From NCBI RefSeq assembly GCF_006345805.1, contig NW_021834796.1:1-45585 (forward strand): DNA of 45,585 nucleotides, written 5' to 3'. Made by a program: the position numbers and the translations under genes. Shown here in pieces: positions 1 through 15,000 of the stretch (the stretch's first letter is position 1; each line of letters begins with the position of its first letter). The notes beneath the pieces were generated by a model that saw nothing but the letters and a program-made list of their open reading frames with translations, was not told the origin of the DNA and did no database searches. This DNA is from Octopus sinensis. Its lineage: Eukaryota.

Positions 1-3000
1 CAGAATTACTAGGTATTTACCTGTTCTGATGTACCTACAGGAGCACCGGGTTCTGCACAAGCTAAAGACTTACGAGGTATGTACCTTGTTCTGATGTACC
101 TACGGGAGCACCGGACTCTGACAAGTACAGATTACTAGGTATTTACCCTGTTCTGATTGTACATACGGGAGCACCGGTCTCTGCACAAGATACTGACTGA
201 CTAGGTATTTGCCTTGTTCTGATGTACCTACGGGAGCACCGGATTCTGCACAAGCCACAGACTTACTAGGTATTTACCCTGTTCTGATGTACCTACGGGA
301 GCACCGGATTCTGCACAAGCTACAGACTTACTATGTATTTACCTTTTTCTGATGTACGTACGGGAGCACCGGATTCTGCATAAGCTACAGACTTACTAGG
401 TATTTACCTTGTTCTGATGTCTACAGGAGCACCGGATTCTGCACAAGCTACAGACTTACGGTTTGGGTTAGTATTTACCTTGTTCTTATGTACATACGGG
501 AGCACCGGACTCTGACAAGCTACAGACTTCCTAGGTATTTACCTTTTCTTATGTACTACAGAGCAGCACCAGACTCTGCACAAGCTCCAGACTTACTAGG
601 TATTTACCTTGTTTGATGTACCTATGGAGCAGCTGGACTCTGCACAAGCTACAGATACTTCTAGGTATTTACTAGTTCTGATGTACATACAGGAGCCACC
701 AGACTCTGCACAGTTACAGACTGACTAGGTATTACCTGCTCTGATGTACCTAAGGGAAAACCGGACTCTGCACAAGCTACAGACTTATAGGTATTTACCT
801 TGTCTGAATGTACCTACGGGAGCACCGGATTGTACAAGCTGCAGACTTACTAGGTATTTACCTTGTTCTGATGTACCTACAGGAGCACCGGATTCTGCAA
901 AAGCTAACGACTTACCGACGGTATTTACCTTGTTCTGATGTACCTTACGGAGCACCGGACTCTGCACAAGCTACAGACTTACTAGGTATTTACCTTGTTC
1001 TTATGTACCTACGGGAGCACCGGACTCTGCACAAGCTACAGACTTACTAGGTATTTACCTTGTTCTTATGTACCTACGGAGGCACCGGACTCTGCACAAG
1101 CTACAGACTAACTGGGTATTTACCTTGTTCTGATGTACATACGGGAGCACCGGACTCTGCACAATCTACAGACTGAATGGTATTTACCTTGCTCTGATGT
1201 ACATACGGGAGCACCGGACACTGCACCAGCTACAGACTTAGTAGGTATTTACCTTGTTCTGATGTACCTACAGGAGCACCGGAATCTGCACAAGCTACAG
1301 ACTTACTAGGTATTTACCTTGTTCTGATGTAACTACGGGAGCAGCGGACTCTCCACAAGCTACAGACTGACTAGGTATTTACCTTGCTCTGATGTACCTA
1401 CGGGAGCAGCGGACACTGCACAAGCTATAGACTGACTAGGTATTTACCTTGCTCTGATGTACATCCGGGAGCACCGGACTCTGCACAAGCTATGACTACT
1501 AGGTATTTATCTTATTCTGATGTACCTACGGGGCAACCGGATTCTGCACAAGCTAAAGACTTACGAAGTATTTACCTTGTTCTGATGTACTTATGGGGGG
1601 CACAGGACTCTGCCACATGATACAGACTTACTAGTTATTTACCTTGTTCTGATGTACCTACGGGAGCACCGGACTCTGCACAAGCTACAGACTTACTAGG
1701 TATTTACCTTGTTCTGATTGTACCTACGGGAGCACCAGATTCGTGCACAAGCTACCGACTACTAGTATTTTCCTTGTTCTGATGTACCTACGGGAGCACC
1801 GGATTCTGACAAGCTACAGACTTACTAGGTTATTACACTGTTCTGATGTACCACGGGAGAGCACCCGGATTTGCACAAGCTACACATTACTAGGTATTTA
1901 CCTTGTTCTGATGTACCTACGGGAGCACCGGTCTGCACAGCTACAGACTTACTAGGTATTTACCTTGTTTGATGTACCTACGGGAGCACGGTCTCTGCAA
2001 AGCTACAGACTTACTAGGTATTTACCTTGTTCTGATGTACATACGGGGCACACGGATTCTGCACAAGCTACAGACTTACTAGGTATTTACCTTGTTCTGA
2101 TGTACCACGGAGCACCAGACTCTGCGCAAGCTACAGACTTACTAGGTATTTACCCTTGTCTGATGTACCTACAGGAGCACCGGATTCTGCACAAGGTAAA
2201 GACTTACTAGGTATTTACCTTGTTCTGATGTACCTACGGCAGCACGGACTCTGCACAAGTACAGACTTACTAGGTATTTACCTTGTTCTGATTGTACATA
2301 CGGGAGCACCGGACTCTGCACAAGCTACAGACTTACAAGTTATGTACCTTGTTCTGATGTAACTACTACGGGAGCAACAGACTCTGACACAAGCTACAGA
2401 CTTACTAGGTATTTACCATTGCTTGATGTACCTACGGGAGCACCGCGGACTCTGCACAAGCTACAGACTTACAGGTATTTACCTTGCTCTGATGTACCTA
2501 CGGGAGCCCCGGATGACTCTGCACAGCTACAGACTTACTAGTTATTTACCTTGTTTGATGTACCTACGGGAGCAGCGGATTCTGCACAAGCTACAGACTT
2601 ACTAGGTATTTACCTGTTCTGATGATGTACCTACGAGAGCACCGGATTCTTGGCAAAGCTAAAGACTTACTAGGTATTTACCTTTTTTGATGTTTGTACC
2701 TACGGGAGCACCGGACTCTGCACAAGGTACAGACTTACTAGGTATACCTTGTTTGATGTACCTACGGGAGCACGGATTCTGCACAAGTTACCAGACTTAC
2801 TATGTATTTACCTTGTTCTGATGTACCTACGGGGCACCGGGTTCTGCACAAGCACAGAACTTACTAGTATTTACCTGTTCTGATGTACCTACGGGAGCAC
2901 CGATTCTGCACAAGCTAAAGACTTACTAGGTTTACCTTTCTGATGTACCTACGGGAGCACCGGACTATGCACAAGCTACAGACTTACTAGTATTTACCTT

Positions 3001-6000
3001 TTTCTGATGTACCTACGGGAGCGGAGGAGCACGGATTCTGCACAAGCTATAGACTGACTAGGTATTTACTTGCTCTGATGTACTACGGGAGCACCGGATT
3101 CTGCACAAGCTACAGACTTACTAGGTATTACCTTGTTCTGATGTACCTACGGGAGCACCGGACCGGACTGATCAAAGTACAGACTGACTAGTTATTTACC
3201 TAGCTCTGATGTACCAAGAGGAACACCGAACTCTGCACAAGTTACAGACTGTCTAGGTATTTACCTTGCTCTTATGTACCTACGGGAGCACCGGATTCTG
3301 CACAAGCTGCAGACTTACTAGGTATTTACCTTGTTCTGATGTACCTACGGGAGCACCGGATTCTGCACAAGCTAAAGACTTACGAGGTATTTACCTTGTT
3401 CTGATGTACCTACGGGAGCACCGGACTCTGCACAAGCTACAGACTTACTAGGTATTTACCTTGTTCTGATTTTCATACGGGAGCACCGGTCTCTGCACAA
3501 GATACTGACTGACTAGGTATTTGCCTTGTTCTGATGTACCTACGGGAGCACCGGATTCTGCACAAGCCACAGACTTACTAGATATTTACCCTGTTCTGAT
3601 GTACCTACGGGAGCACCGGATTCTGCACAAGCTACAGACTTACTATGTATTTACCTTTTTCTGATGTACGTACGGGAGCACCGGATTCTGCAAAAGCTAC
3701 AGACTTACTAGGTATTTACCTTGTTCTGATGTTCCTACAGGAGCACCGGATTCTGCACAAGCTACAGACTTACTAGGTATTTACCTTGTTCTTATGTACA
3801 TACGGGAGCACCGGACTCTGAACAAGCTACAGACTTCCTAGGTATTTACCTTGTTCTGATGTACCTACGGGAGCACCAGACTCTGCACAAGCTCCAGACT
3901 TACTAGGTATTTACCTTGTTCTGATGTACCTATGGGAGCAGCGGACTCTGCACAAGCTACAGACTTTCTAGGTATTTACCTAGTTCTGATGTACCTACAG
4001 GAGCACCAGACTCTGCACAAGTTACAGACTGACTAGGTATTTACCTTGCTCTGATGTACCTAAGGGAAAACCGGACTCTGCACAAGCTACAGACTTACTA
4101 GGTATTTACCTTGTTCTGATGTACCTACGGGAGCACCGGATTCTGTACAAGCTGCAGACTTACTAGGTATTTACCTTGTTCTGATGTACCTACAGGAGCA
4201 CCGGATTCTGCACAAGCTAAAGACTTACGAGGTATTTACCTTGTTCTGATGTACCTACGGGAGCACCGGACTCTGCACAAGCTAAAGACTTACTAGGTAT
4301 TTACCTTGTTCTTATGTACCTACGGAGGCACCGGACTCTGCACAATCTACAGACTGAATGGTATTTACCTTGCTCTGATGTACCTACGGGAGCACCGGAC
4401 ACTGCACCAGCTACAGACTTAGTAGGTATTTACCTTGTTCTGATGTACCTACAGGAGCACCGGAATCTGCACAAGCTACAGACTTACTAGGTATTTACCT
4501 TGTTCTGATGTAACTACGGGAGCAGCGGACTCTCCACAAGCTACAGACTGACTAGGTATTTACCTTTCTCTGATGTACCTACGGGAGCAGCGGACACTGC
4601 ACAAGCTATAGACTGACTAGGTATTTACCTTGCTCTGATGTACATCCGGGAGCACCGGACTCTGCACAAGCTACTGACTTACTAGGTATTTATCTTATTC
4701 TGATGTACCTACGGGAGCAACGGATTCTGCACAAGCTAAAGACTTACGAAGTATTTACCTTGTTCTGATGTACTTATGGGGGCACCGGACTCTGCACATG
4801 ATACAGACTTACTAGTTACTTACATTGTTCTGATGTACTTACGGGAGCACCAGTCTCTGCACAAGCTACAGACATACTAGGTATTTACCTTGTTCTGATG
4901 TACCTACGGGTGCACCAGATTCTGCACAAGCTACCGACTTACTAGGTATTTTCCTTGTTCTGATGTACCTACGGGAGCACCGGATTCTGCATAAGCTACA
5001 GACTTACTAGGTTTTTACCCTGTTCTGATGTACCTACGGGAGCACCGGATTTTGCACAAGCTACAGACTTACTAGGTATTTACCTTGTTCTGATGTACCT
5101 ACGGGAGCACCGGATTCTGCACAAGCTACAGACTTACTAGTTATTTACCTTGTTCTGATGTACCTACAGGAGCACCGGATTCTGCACAAGCTAAAGACTT
5201 ACGAGGTATTTACCTTGTTCTGATGTACCTACGGGAGCACCGGACACTGCACAAGCTACAGACTTACTAGTTATTTACCTTGTTCTGATGTACCTACGGG
5301 AGCACCAGACTCTGCACAAGCTACAGACTTACTAGGTATTTACCTTGTTCTGATGTACCTACGGGAGCACCGGATTCTGTACAAGCTACAGACTTACTAG
5401 GTATTTACCTTGTTCTGATGTACCTACGGGAGCACCGGACTCTGCACAAGGTACATACTTACTAGGTATTTACCTTGTTCTGATGTACCTACGGGAGCAC
5501 CGGATTCTGCACAAGCTACAGACTTACTATGTATTTACCTTGTTCTGATGTACATACGGGAGCACCGGATTCTGCAAAAGCTACAGACTTACTAGGTATT
5601 TACCTTGTTCTGATGTACCTACAGGAGCACCGGATTCTGCACAAGCTAAAGACTTACGAGGTATTTACCTTGCTCTGATGTACCTACGGGAACCCCGGAT
5701 TCTGCACAAGCTACAGACTTACTAGGTATTTACCTTGTTCTGATGTACCTACGGGAGCAGCGGATTCTGCAAAAGCTACAGACTTACTAGGTATTTACCT
5801 TGTTCTGATGTACCTACGAGAGCTCCGGATTCTGCAAAAGCTAAAGACTTACTAGGTATTTACCTTTTTCTGATGTACCTACGGGAGCACCGGACTCTGC
5901 ACAAGGTACAGACTTACTAGGTATTTACCTTGTTCTGATGTACCTACGGGAGCACCGGACTCTGCACAAGTTACAGACTTACTATGTATTTACCTTGTTC

Positions 6001-9000
6001 TGATGTACCTACGGGAGCACCGGTCTCTGCACAAGCTACAGACTTACTAGGTATTTACCTTGTTCTGATGTACCTACGGGAGCACCGGACTCTGCACAAG
6101 CTACAGACTTACTAGCTATTTACCTTGTTCTGATGTACATACGGGAGCACGGACCGCGACAAGATACAGACTTACTAGGTATTTACTTGTTCTGATGTAC
6201 CTACGGGAGCAGCGGATTCTGCACAAGCTACAGACTTACTAGGTATTTACCTTGTTCTGATGAACCTACGAGAGCACCGATTCTGCACAAGCTAAAAACT
6301 TACTAGGTATTTCCCTTTTTCTGATGTACCTACGGGAGCACCGGACTATGCACAAGGTACAGAGTTACTAGGTATTTACCTTTTTCTGATGTACCTACGG
6401 GAGCACCGGACACTGCACAAGCTATAGACTGACTAGGTATTTACCTTGCTCTGATGTACCTACGGGAGCACCGGACACTGCACAAGCTACAGACTTACTA
6501 GTTATTTACCTTGTTCTGATGTACATACGGGAGCACCAGACTCTGCACAAGCTACAGACTTACTAGTTATATACCTTGTTCTGATGTACATACGGGAGCA
6601 CCAGACTCTGCACAAGCTACAGACTGACTAGGTATTTACCTTGCTCTGATGTACATACGGGAGCACCAGACTCTGCACAAGCTACAGACTTACTAGGTAT
6701 TTACCTTGCTCTGATGTACCTACGGGAACCCCGGATTCTGCACAAGCTACAGACTTACTAGGTATTTACCTTGTTCTGATGTACCTACGGGAGCAGCGGA
6801 TTCTGCAAAAGCTACAGACTTACTAGGTATTTACCTTGTTCTGATGTACCTACGAGAGCTCCGGATTCTGCAAAAGCTAAAGACTTACTAGGTATTTACT
6901 TTTCGATGTGTACCTACGGGAGCACCGGACTCTGCACAAGGTACAGACTTACTAGGTATTTACCTTGTTCTGATGTACCTACGGGAGCACCGGACTCTGC
7001 ACAAGTTACAGACTTACTATGTATTTACCTTGTTCTGATGTACCTACGGGAGCACCGGTCCCTGCACAAGATACAGACTTACTAGGTATTTACCTTGTTC
7101 TGATGTACCTACGGGAGCACCGGACTCTGCGTAAGCTACAGACTTACTAGCTATTTACCTTGTTCTGATGTACATACGGGAGCACCGGATTCTGCACAAG
7201 CTACAGACTTACTAGGTATTTACCTTGTTCTGATGAACCTACGAGAGCACCGATTCTGCACAAGCTATAGACTGACTAGGTATTTACCTTGCTCTGATGT
7301 ACATCCGGGAGCACCGGACTCTGCACAAGCTACTGACTTACTAGGTATTTATCTTATTGTTCTGATGTACCTACGGGAGCACCGGACTCTGCATAACATA
7401 CAGACTGACTAGTTAATTACCTAGCTCTGATGTACCAAGAGGAACACCGGACTCTGCACAAGTTACAGACTGACTAGGTATTTACCTTGCTCTGATGTAC
7501 CTCCGGGACCACGGATTCTGCACAAGCTACAGACTTACTAGGTATTTACCTTGTTCTGATGTACATACAGGAGCACCGGATTCTGCACAAGCTACAGAAT
7601 TACTAGGTATTTACCTTGTTCTGATGTACCTACGGGAGCACCGGATTCTGCACAAGCTACAGACTTACTAGGTATTTACCTTGTTCTGATGTACCTACGG
7701 AGCGGACCACCGGACTGCTAAAAGCTAAAGACTTACTAGGTATTTATCTTGCTATGATGTACCTACGGGAGCACCGGTTTCTGCACAAGCTACAGACTTA
7801 CTAGGTATTTATCTTGTTCTGATGTACCTACGGGAGCACCGGATTCTGCACAAGCCACAGACTTACTAGGTATTTAGCCTGTTCTGATGTACCTACGGGA
7901 GCACCGGATTCTGCACAAGCTACAGACTTACTATTTATTTACCTTGTTCTGATGTACATACGGGAGCACCGGATTCTGCAAAAGCTACAGACTTACTAGG
8001 TATTTACCTTGTTCTGATGTACCTACAGGAGCACCGGATTCTGCACAAGCTAAAGACTTACGAGGTATTTACCTTGTTCTGATGTACCTACGGGAGCACC
8101 GGACTCTGCACAAGCTACAGACTTCCTAGGTATTTACCTGTTCTGATGTACCTACGGGAGCACCGGACTCTGCACAAGCTACAGACTTACTAGGTATTTA
8201 CCTTGTTCTGATGTACCTACGGGAGCACGGACTCTGCACAAGCTACAGACTTACTAGGTATTTACCTGTTCTGATGTACCTACAGGAGCACCGGATTCTG
8301 CACAAGACAGATTACTAGGTATTTACCTTGTTCTGATGTACCTACTAGGAGCACCGGACTCTGCACAAGCTACAGACTTACTAGGTATTTACCTTGTTCT
8401 GATGTACCTACGGGAGCACCGGATTCTGCACAAGCTACAGACTTACTAGGTATTTACCTTGTTCTGATGTACCTACAGGAGCACCGGATTCTGCACAAGC
8501 TAAAGACTTACGAGGTATTTACCTTGTTCTGATGTACCTACGGGAGCACCGGACTCTGCACAAGCTACAGACTTACTAGGTATTTACCTTGTTCTGATGT
8601 ACCTACGGGAGCACCGGACTCTGCACAAGCTACAGACTTACTAGGTATTTACCTTGTTCTGATGTACATACGGGAGCACCGGACTCTGCACAAGCTACAG
8701 ACTTACTAGGTATTTACCTTGTTCTGATGTACCTACAGGAGCACCGGAATCTGCACAAGCTACAGACTTACTAGGTATTTACCTTGTTCTGATGTACTAC
8801 GGGAGCACCGGACTTCCACAAGCTACAGACTTACTAGGTATTTACCTTTTCTGATGTACCTACGGGAGCACCGGACTCTGCACAAGCTCCGACTGACTAG
8901 GTATGTACCTTGTTCTGATGTACCTACGGAGCACGCGGACTCTGCACAAGCTACAGACTTACTAGGTATTTACCTTTTTCTGATGTACCTACGGGAGCAC

Positions 9001-12000
9001 CGGATTCTGCACAAGCTAAAGACTTACAGTATTTACCCTTGCTTGATGTACCTACGGGCAACCGGACTCTGCACAAGCTACAGACTTACTAGGTATTTAC
9101 CTTGTTCTGATGTACCTACGGGAGCACCGGATCTGCACACGAGCTACAGACTTTAGGTATTTACCTTGTTCTGATGTACCTACGGGAGCACCAGATTCTG
9201 CACAAGCTACAGACTTACTAGGTATTTCCTTGTTCTGATGTACCTACGGGAGCACCGGATTCTGCACAAGCTACAGACTTACTAGGTATTTACCTTGTTC
9301 TGATGTACCTACGGGAGCACCGGATTCTGCACAAGCTACAGACTTACTAGGTATTTACCTTGTTCTGATGTACCTACGGGAGCACCGGACTCTGCACAAG
9401 CTACAGACTTACTAGTTATTTACCTTGTTCTGATGTACCTACGGGAGCACCGGACTCTGCACAAGCTACAGACTTAATGATTTACCTTGTTCTGATGTAC
9501 CTACGGGAGCACCGGACACTGCACAAGCTACAGACTTACTAGTTATTTACCTTGTTCTGATGTACCTACGGGAGCACCGGACTCTGCACAAGCTACAGAC
9601 TTACTAGGTATTTACCTTGTTCTGATGTACCTACGGGAGCACCGGATTCTGCACAAGCTAAGACTTACTAGGTATTTATCTTGCTATGATGTACCTACGG
9701 GAGCACCGGACTCTGCACAAGCTACAGACTTACTAGGTATTTACCTTGTCTGATGTACCTACGGGAGCACCGGATTCTGCAAAGCTACAGACTTACTAGG
9801 TATTTACCTTTTCTGATGTACCTACGGGAGCACCGGATTCTGCACAAGCTACAGACTTACTAGGTATTTACCTTGTTCTGATGTACCTACAGGAGCACCG
9901 GACTCTGCACAAGCTAAAGACTTACTAGGTATTTACCTTGTTCTGATGTACCTACGGGAGCACCGGACTCTGCACAAGCTACAGACTTACTAGGTATTTA
10001 CCTTGTTCTGATGTACCTACGGGAGCACCGGATTCTGCACAAGCTACAGACTTACTAGGTATTTACCTTGTTCTGATGTACCTACGGGAGCACCGGATTC
10101 TGCACAAGCTACAGACTTACTAGGTATTTACCTTGTTCTGATGTACCTACGGGAGCACCGGACTCTGCACAAGCTACAGACTTACTAGCTATTTACCTTG
10201 TTCTGATGTACATACGGGAGCACCGGACTCTGCACAAGATACAGACTTACTAGGTATTTACCTTGTTCTGATGTACCTACGGGAGCAGCGGATTCTGCAC
10301 AAGCTACAGACTTACTAGGTATTTACCTTTTCTGATGTACCTATGGGAGCACCGATTCTGCACAAGCTACAAAACTTACTAGGTATTTCCCTTTTTCTGA
10401 TGTACCTACGGGAGCACCGGACTATGCACAGGTACAGACTTACTAGGTATTTACCTTTTTCTGATGTCCTACGGGAGCACGCGAACTCTGCACAAGCTCT
10501 AGACTGACTAGGTATTTACCTTGCTCGATGTACCTCCGGGAGCACCGGACTCTGCACAAGCTACAGACTTTACTAGGTATTTACCTTTATTCTGATGTAC
10601 CTACGGGAGCACCAGACTCTGCACAAGCTACAGACTTACTAATTTACCTTGTTCTGATGTACCTACGGGAGCACCGGACTCTGCACAAGCTTACAGACTT
10701 ACTAGGTATTTACATTGTTCTGATGTACTTACGGGAGCACCAGTCTCTGCACAAGCTACAGACATACTAGGTATTTACCTTGTTCTGATGTACCTACGGG
10801 TGCACCAGATTCTGCACAAGCTACCGACTTACTAGGTATTTTCCTTGTTCTGATGTACCTACGGGAGCACCGGATTCTGCATAAGCTACAGACTTACTAG
10901 GTTTTACCCTGTTCTGATGTACCTACAGGAGCACCGGATTCTGCACAAGCTACAGACTTACTAGGTATTTACCTTGTTCTGATGTACCTACGGGAGCACC
11001 GGTCTCTGCACAAGCTACAGACTTACTAGGTATTTACCTTTTTCTGATGTACCTACGGGAGCACCGGACTCTGCACAAGCTACAGACTTACTAGGTATTT
11101 ACCTTGTTCTGATGTACCTACGGGAGCACCGGACTCTGCACAAGATACAGACTTACTAGGTATTTCCTTGTCTGATGTACCACGGGAGCACCGGATTCTG
11201 CACAGCTACAGACTTACTAGTATTTACCTGTTCTGATGTACCTACGGGAGCACCAGATTCTGCAACAAAGACAGACTTACTAGGTATTTACCTTGTTCTG
11301 ATGTACATACGGGAGCACCGGATTCTGCACAAGCTACAGACTTACTAGGTATTTACCTTGTTCTGATGTACCTACGGAGCACCGGGTTCAGCACAAGATA
11401 AAGACTTACGAGGTATTTACCTTGTTCTGATGTACCTACGGGAGCACCGGACTCTGCACAAGCTACAGACTTACTAGGTATTTACCTTGTTCTGATGTAC
11501 ATACGGGAGCACCGGTCTCTGCCAATGATACTGACTTACTAGGTATTTACCTTGTTCTGATGTACCTACGGGAGCACCGGATTCTGCACAAGCTACAAAC
11601 TTACTAGGTATTACCTTTTCTGATGTACCTACGGGAGCACGGATTCTGCACAAGCTACAGACTTACGAGGTATTTACCTTGTCTGATGTATACGGGAGCA
11701 CCAGACTCTGCACAAGCTACAGACTTACTAGGTATTTACCTTGTTCTGATGTACCTACGGGAGCACCGGCTCTGCACAAGCTACAACTTACTAGGTATTT
11801 ACCTTTTTCTGATGTACCTACGGGAGCACCGGACTCTGCACAAGCTACAGACTTACTAGGTATTTACCTTGTCTGATGTACCCTAGGAACCGGACTCTGC
11901 ACAAGCTACAGACTTACTAGGTATTTACCTTGTTCTGATGTACCTACGGGAGCACCGGATTCTGCACAAGCTACAGACTACTAGGTATTTACCTGTTCTG

Positions 12001-15000
12001 ATGTACCTACAGGAGCACCGGATTCTGCACAAGCTAAAGACGACTAGGTATTTACCTTGTTCTGATGTACCTACGGGAGCACCGACTCTGCACAAGCAAC
12101 AGACTTACTAGTTATTTACCTGTTCTGATGTACCTACGGGAGCACCGGACTCTGCACAAGCTACAGACTTACTAGGTATTTACCTTGTTCTTATGTACCT
12201 ACGGAGGCACCGGACTCTGCACAAGCTACAGACTAACTGGGTATTTACCTTTTTCTGATGTACATACGGGAGCACCGGCCTCTGCACAAGCGACGGACTG
12301 ACTAGGTATATACCTTTCTCTGATGTACCTATGGGAGCAGCGGACTCTGCACAATCTACAGACTGAATGGTATTTACCTTGCTCTGATGTACATACGGGA
12401 GCACCGGACTCTGCACCAGCTACAGACTTAGTAGGTATTTACCTTGTTCTGATGTAACTACGGGAGCACCGGATTCTGCACAAGCTACAGTCTTCCTAGG
12501 TTTTTACCTTGTTCTGATGTAACTACCGGAGCACCGGATTCTGCAAAAGCTACAGACTTACTAGGTAGTTACCTTGCTCTGATGTACATACGGGAGCACC
12601 GGATACTGAATAAGCTCCTGACTTACTAGATATTTACCTTGTTCTGATGTACCTACCCGAGCACCGGATTCTGCACAAGCTAAAGACTTACTAGGTATTT
12701 ACCTTGTTCCGATGTACCTACGGGAGCACCGGACTCTGCACAAGCTACAGACTTACTAGGTATTTACCTTGTTCTGATGTACCTACGGGAGCACCGGACT
12801 CTGCACAAGCTACAGACTTACTAGGTATTTACCTTGTTCTGATGTACCTACGGGAGCACCGGACTCTGCACAAGCTACAGAAACTGCTAGGTATTTACTT
12901 TTTCTGATGTACCTACGGGAGCACCGGACTCTGCACAAGCTACAGACTTACTAGGTATTTACCATTCTCTGATGTACCTACGGGGCACCGGACTCTGCAC
13001 AAGCTACAGACTTACTAGGTATTTACCTTGTTCTGATGTACCGACGGGAGCACCGGATTCTGCACAAGATACAGACTTACTAGGTATTTACCCTTTTCTG
13101 ATGTACCTACGGGAGCACCGGATTCTGCACAAGCTACAGACTTACTAGGTATTTACCTTGTTCTGATGTACCTACGGGAGCACCGGATTCTGCACAAGCT
13201 ACAGACTTACTAAGGTATTTACCTGTTCTGATGTACATACGGGAGCACCGGATTCTGCACAAGCTACAGACTTACTAGGTATTTACCTTGTTCTGATGTA
13301 CCTACAGGAGCACCGGATTCTGCACAGCTAAAGACTTACGAGGTTATTTACTTTGTTCTGATGTACCTACGGGAGCACCGGACTCTGCACAAGCTACAGA
13401 CTTACTAGGTATTTACCTTGTTCTGATGTACCTACGGAGCACGGACTCTGACAACCTACAGGTATTTACTTACTAGGTATTCCTTGTTCTGATGTACTAC
13501 GGGAGCACCGAACTCTGCACAAGCTACAGACTTACTAGTTATTTACCTTGTTCTGATGTACCTACGGGAGCACCGGACTCTGCACAAGCTACAGACTTAC
13601 TAGTTATTTACCTTGTTCTGATGTACATACGGGAGCACCGGACTCTGCAAAAGATACAGACTGACTAGTTATTTACCTTGCTCTGATGTACCTACGGGAG
13701 CACCGGACTCTGCACAAGCTACAGACTGACTAGGTATTTACCTTGCTCTGATGTACCTACGGGAGCACCGGACTCTGCACAAGCTACAGACTGACTAGGT
13801 ATTTACCTTGCTCTGATGTACATACGGGAGCACCGGACTCTGCACAAGCTACAGACTTACTAGGTATTTACCTTGTTCTGATGTACCTACGGGAGCACCG
13901 GATTCTGCACAAGCTACAGACTTACTAGGTATTTACCTTGTTCTGATGTACCTACGGGAGCACCGGACTCTGCACAAGCTACAGACTTACTAGGTATTTA
14001 CCTTGTTCTGATGTACCTACGGGAGCACCGGATTCTGCACAAGCAACAGACGACTTACTAGGTATTTACTTGTTCTGATGTACCTACGGGAGCACCGGAT
14101 TCTGCACAAGCTACAGACTTACTAGGTATTTACCTTGTTCTGATGTACCTACGGGAGCACCGAGCCTGCACAAGCTACAGACTTACTAGGTATTTACATT
14201 GTTCTGATGTGTACCTACGGGAGCACCGGACTCTGCACAAGCTACAGACTTACTAGGTTTTACCTTGTTCTGGTGTACCTACGGGAGCACCGGATTCTGC
14301 ACAAGCTACAGACTTACTAGGTATTTACCTTGTTCTGATGTACCTACGGGAGCACCGGATTCTGCACAAGCTACAGACTTACTAGGTATTTACCTTGTTC
14401 TGATGTACCTACGGGAGCACCGGATTCTGCACAAGCTACAGACTTACTAGGTATTTACCCTGTTCTGATGTACCTACGAGAGCACCGGATTCTGCACAAC
14501 CTACAGACTTACTAGGTATTTACATTGTTCTGATATACATAAGGGAGCACCGGATTCTGCACAAGCTACAGACTTAGTAGGTATTTACCTTGTTCTGATG
14601 TACCTACAGGAGCACCGGACTCTGCACAACCTAAAGACTTACTAGGTATTTACTTTGTTCTGATGTACCTACGGGAGCAACGGACTCTGCACAAGCAACA
14701 GACTTACTAGGTATTTACCTTGTTCTTATGTACCTACGGAGCACCGGGACTCTGCACAAGCTACAGACTTACTAGGTATTTACCTTGTTCTGATGTACTT
14801 ACGGAGAGCACCGGACTCTGCAAAAGCTACAGACTTACTAGTATCTACCTTGTTCTGATGTACATACGGGAGCACCGGACTCTGCACAAGATACAGACTG
14901 ACTAGTTATTTACCTTGTTCTGATGTACCTACGGGAACACCGGACTCTGCACTCTGCACATGATACATGCTGACTAGTTTTTACCTTGTTCTGATGTACC

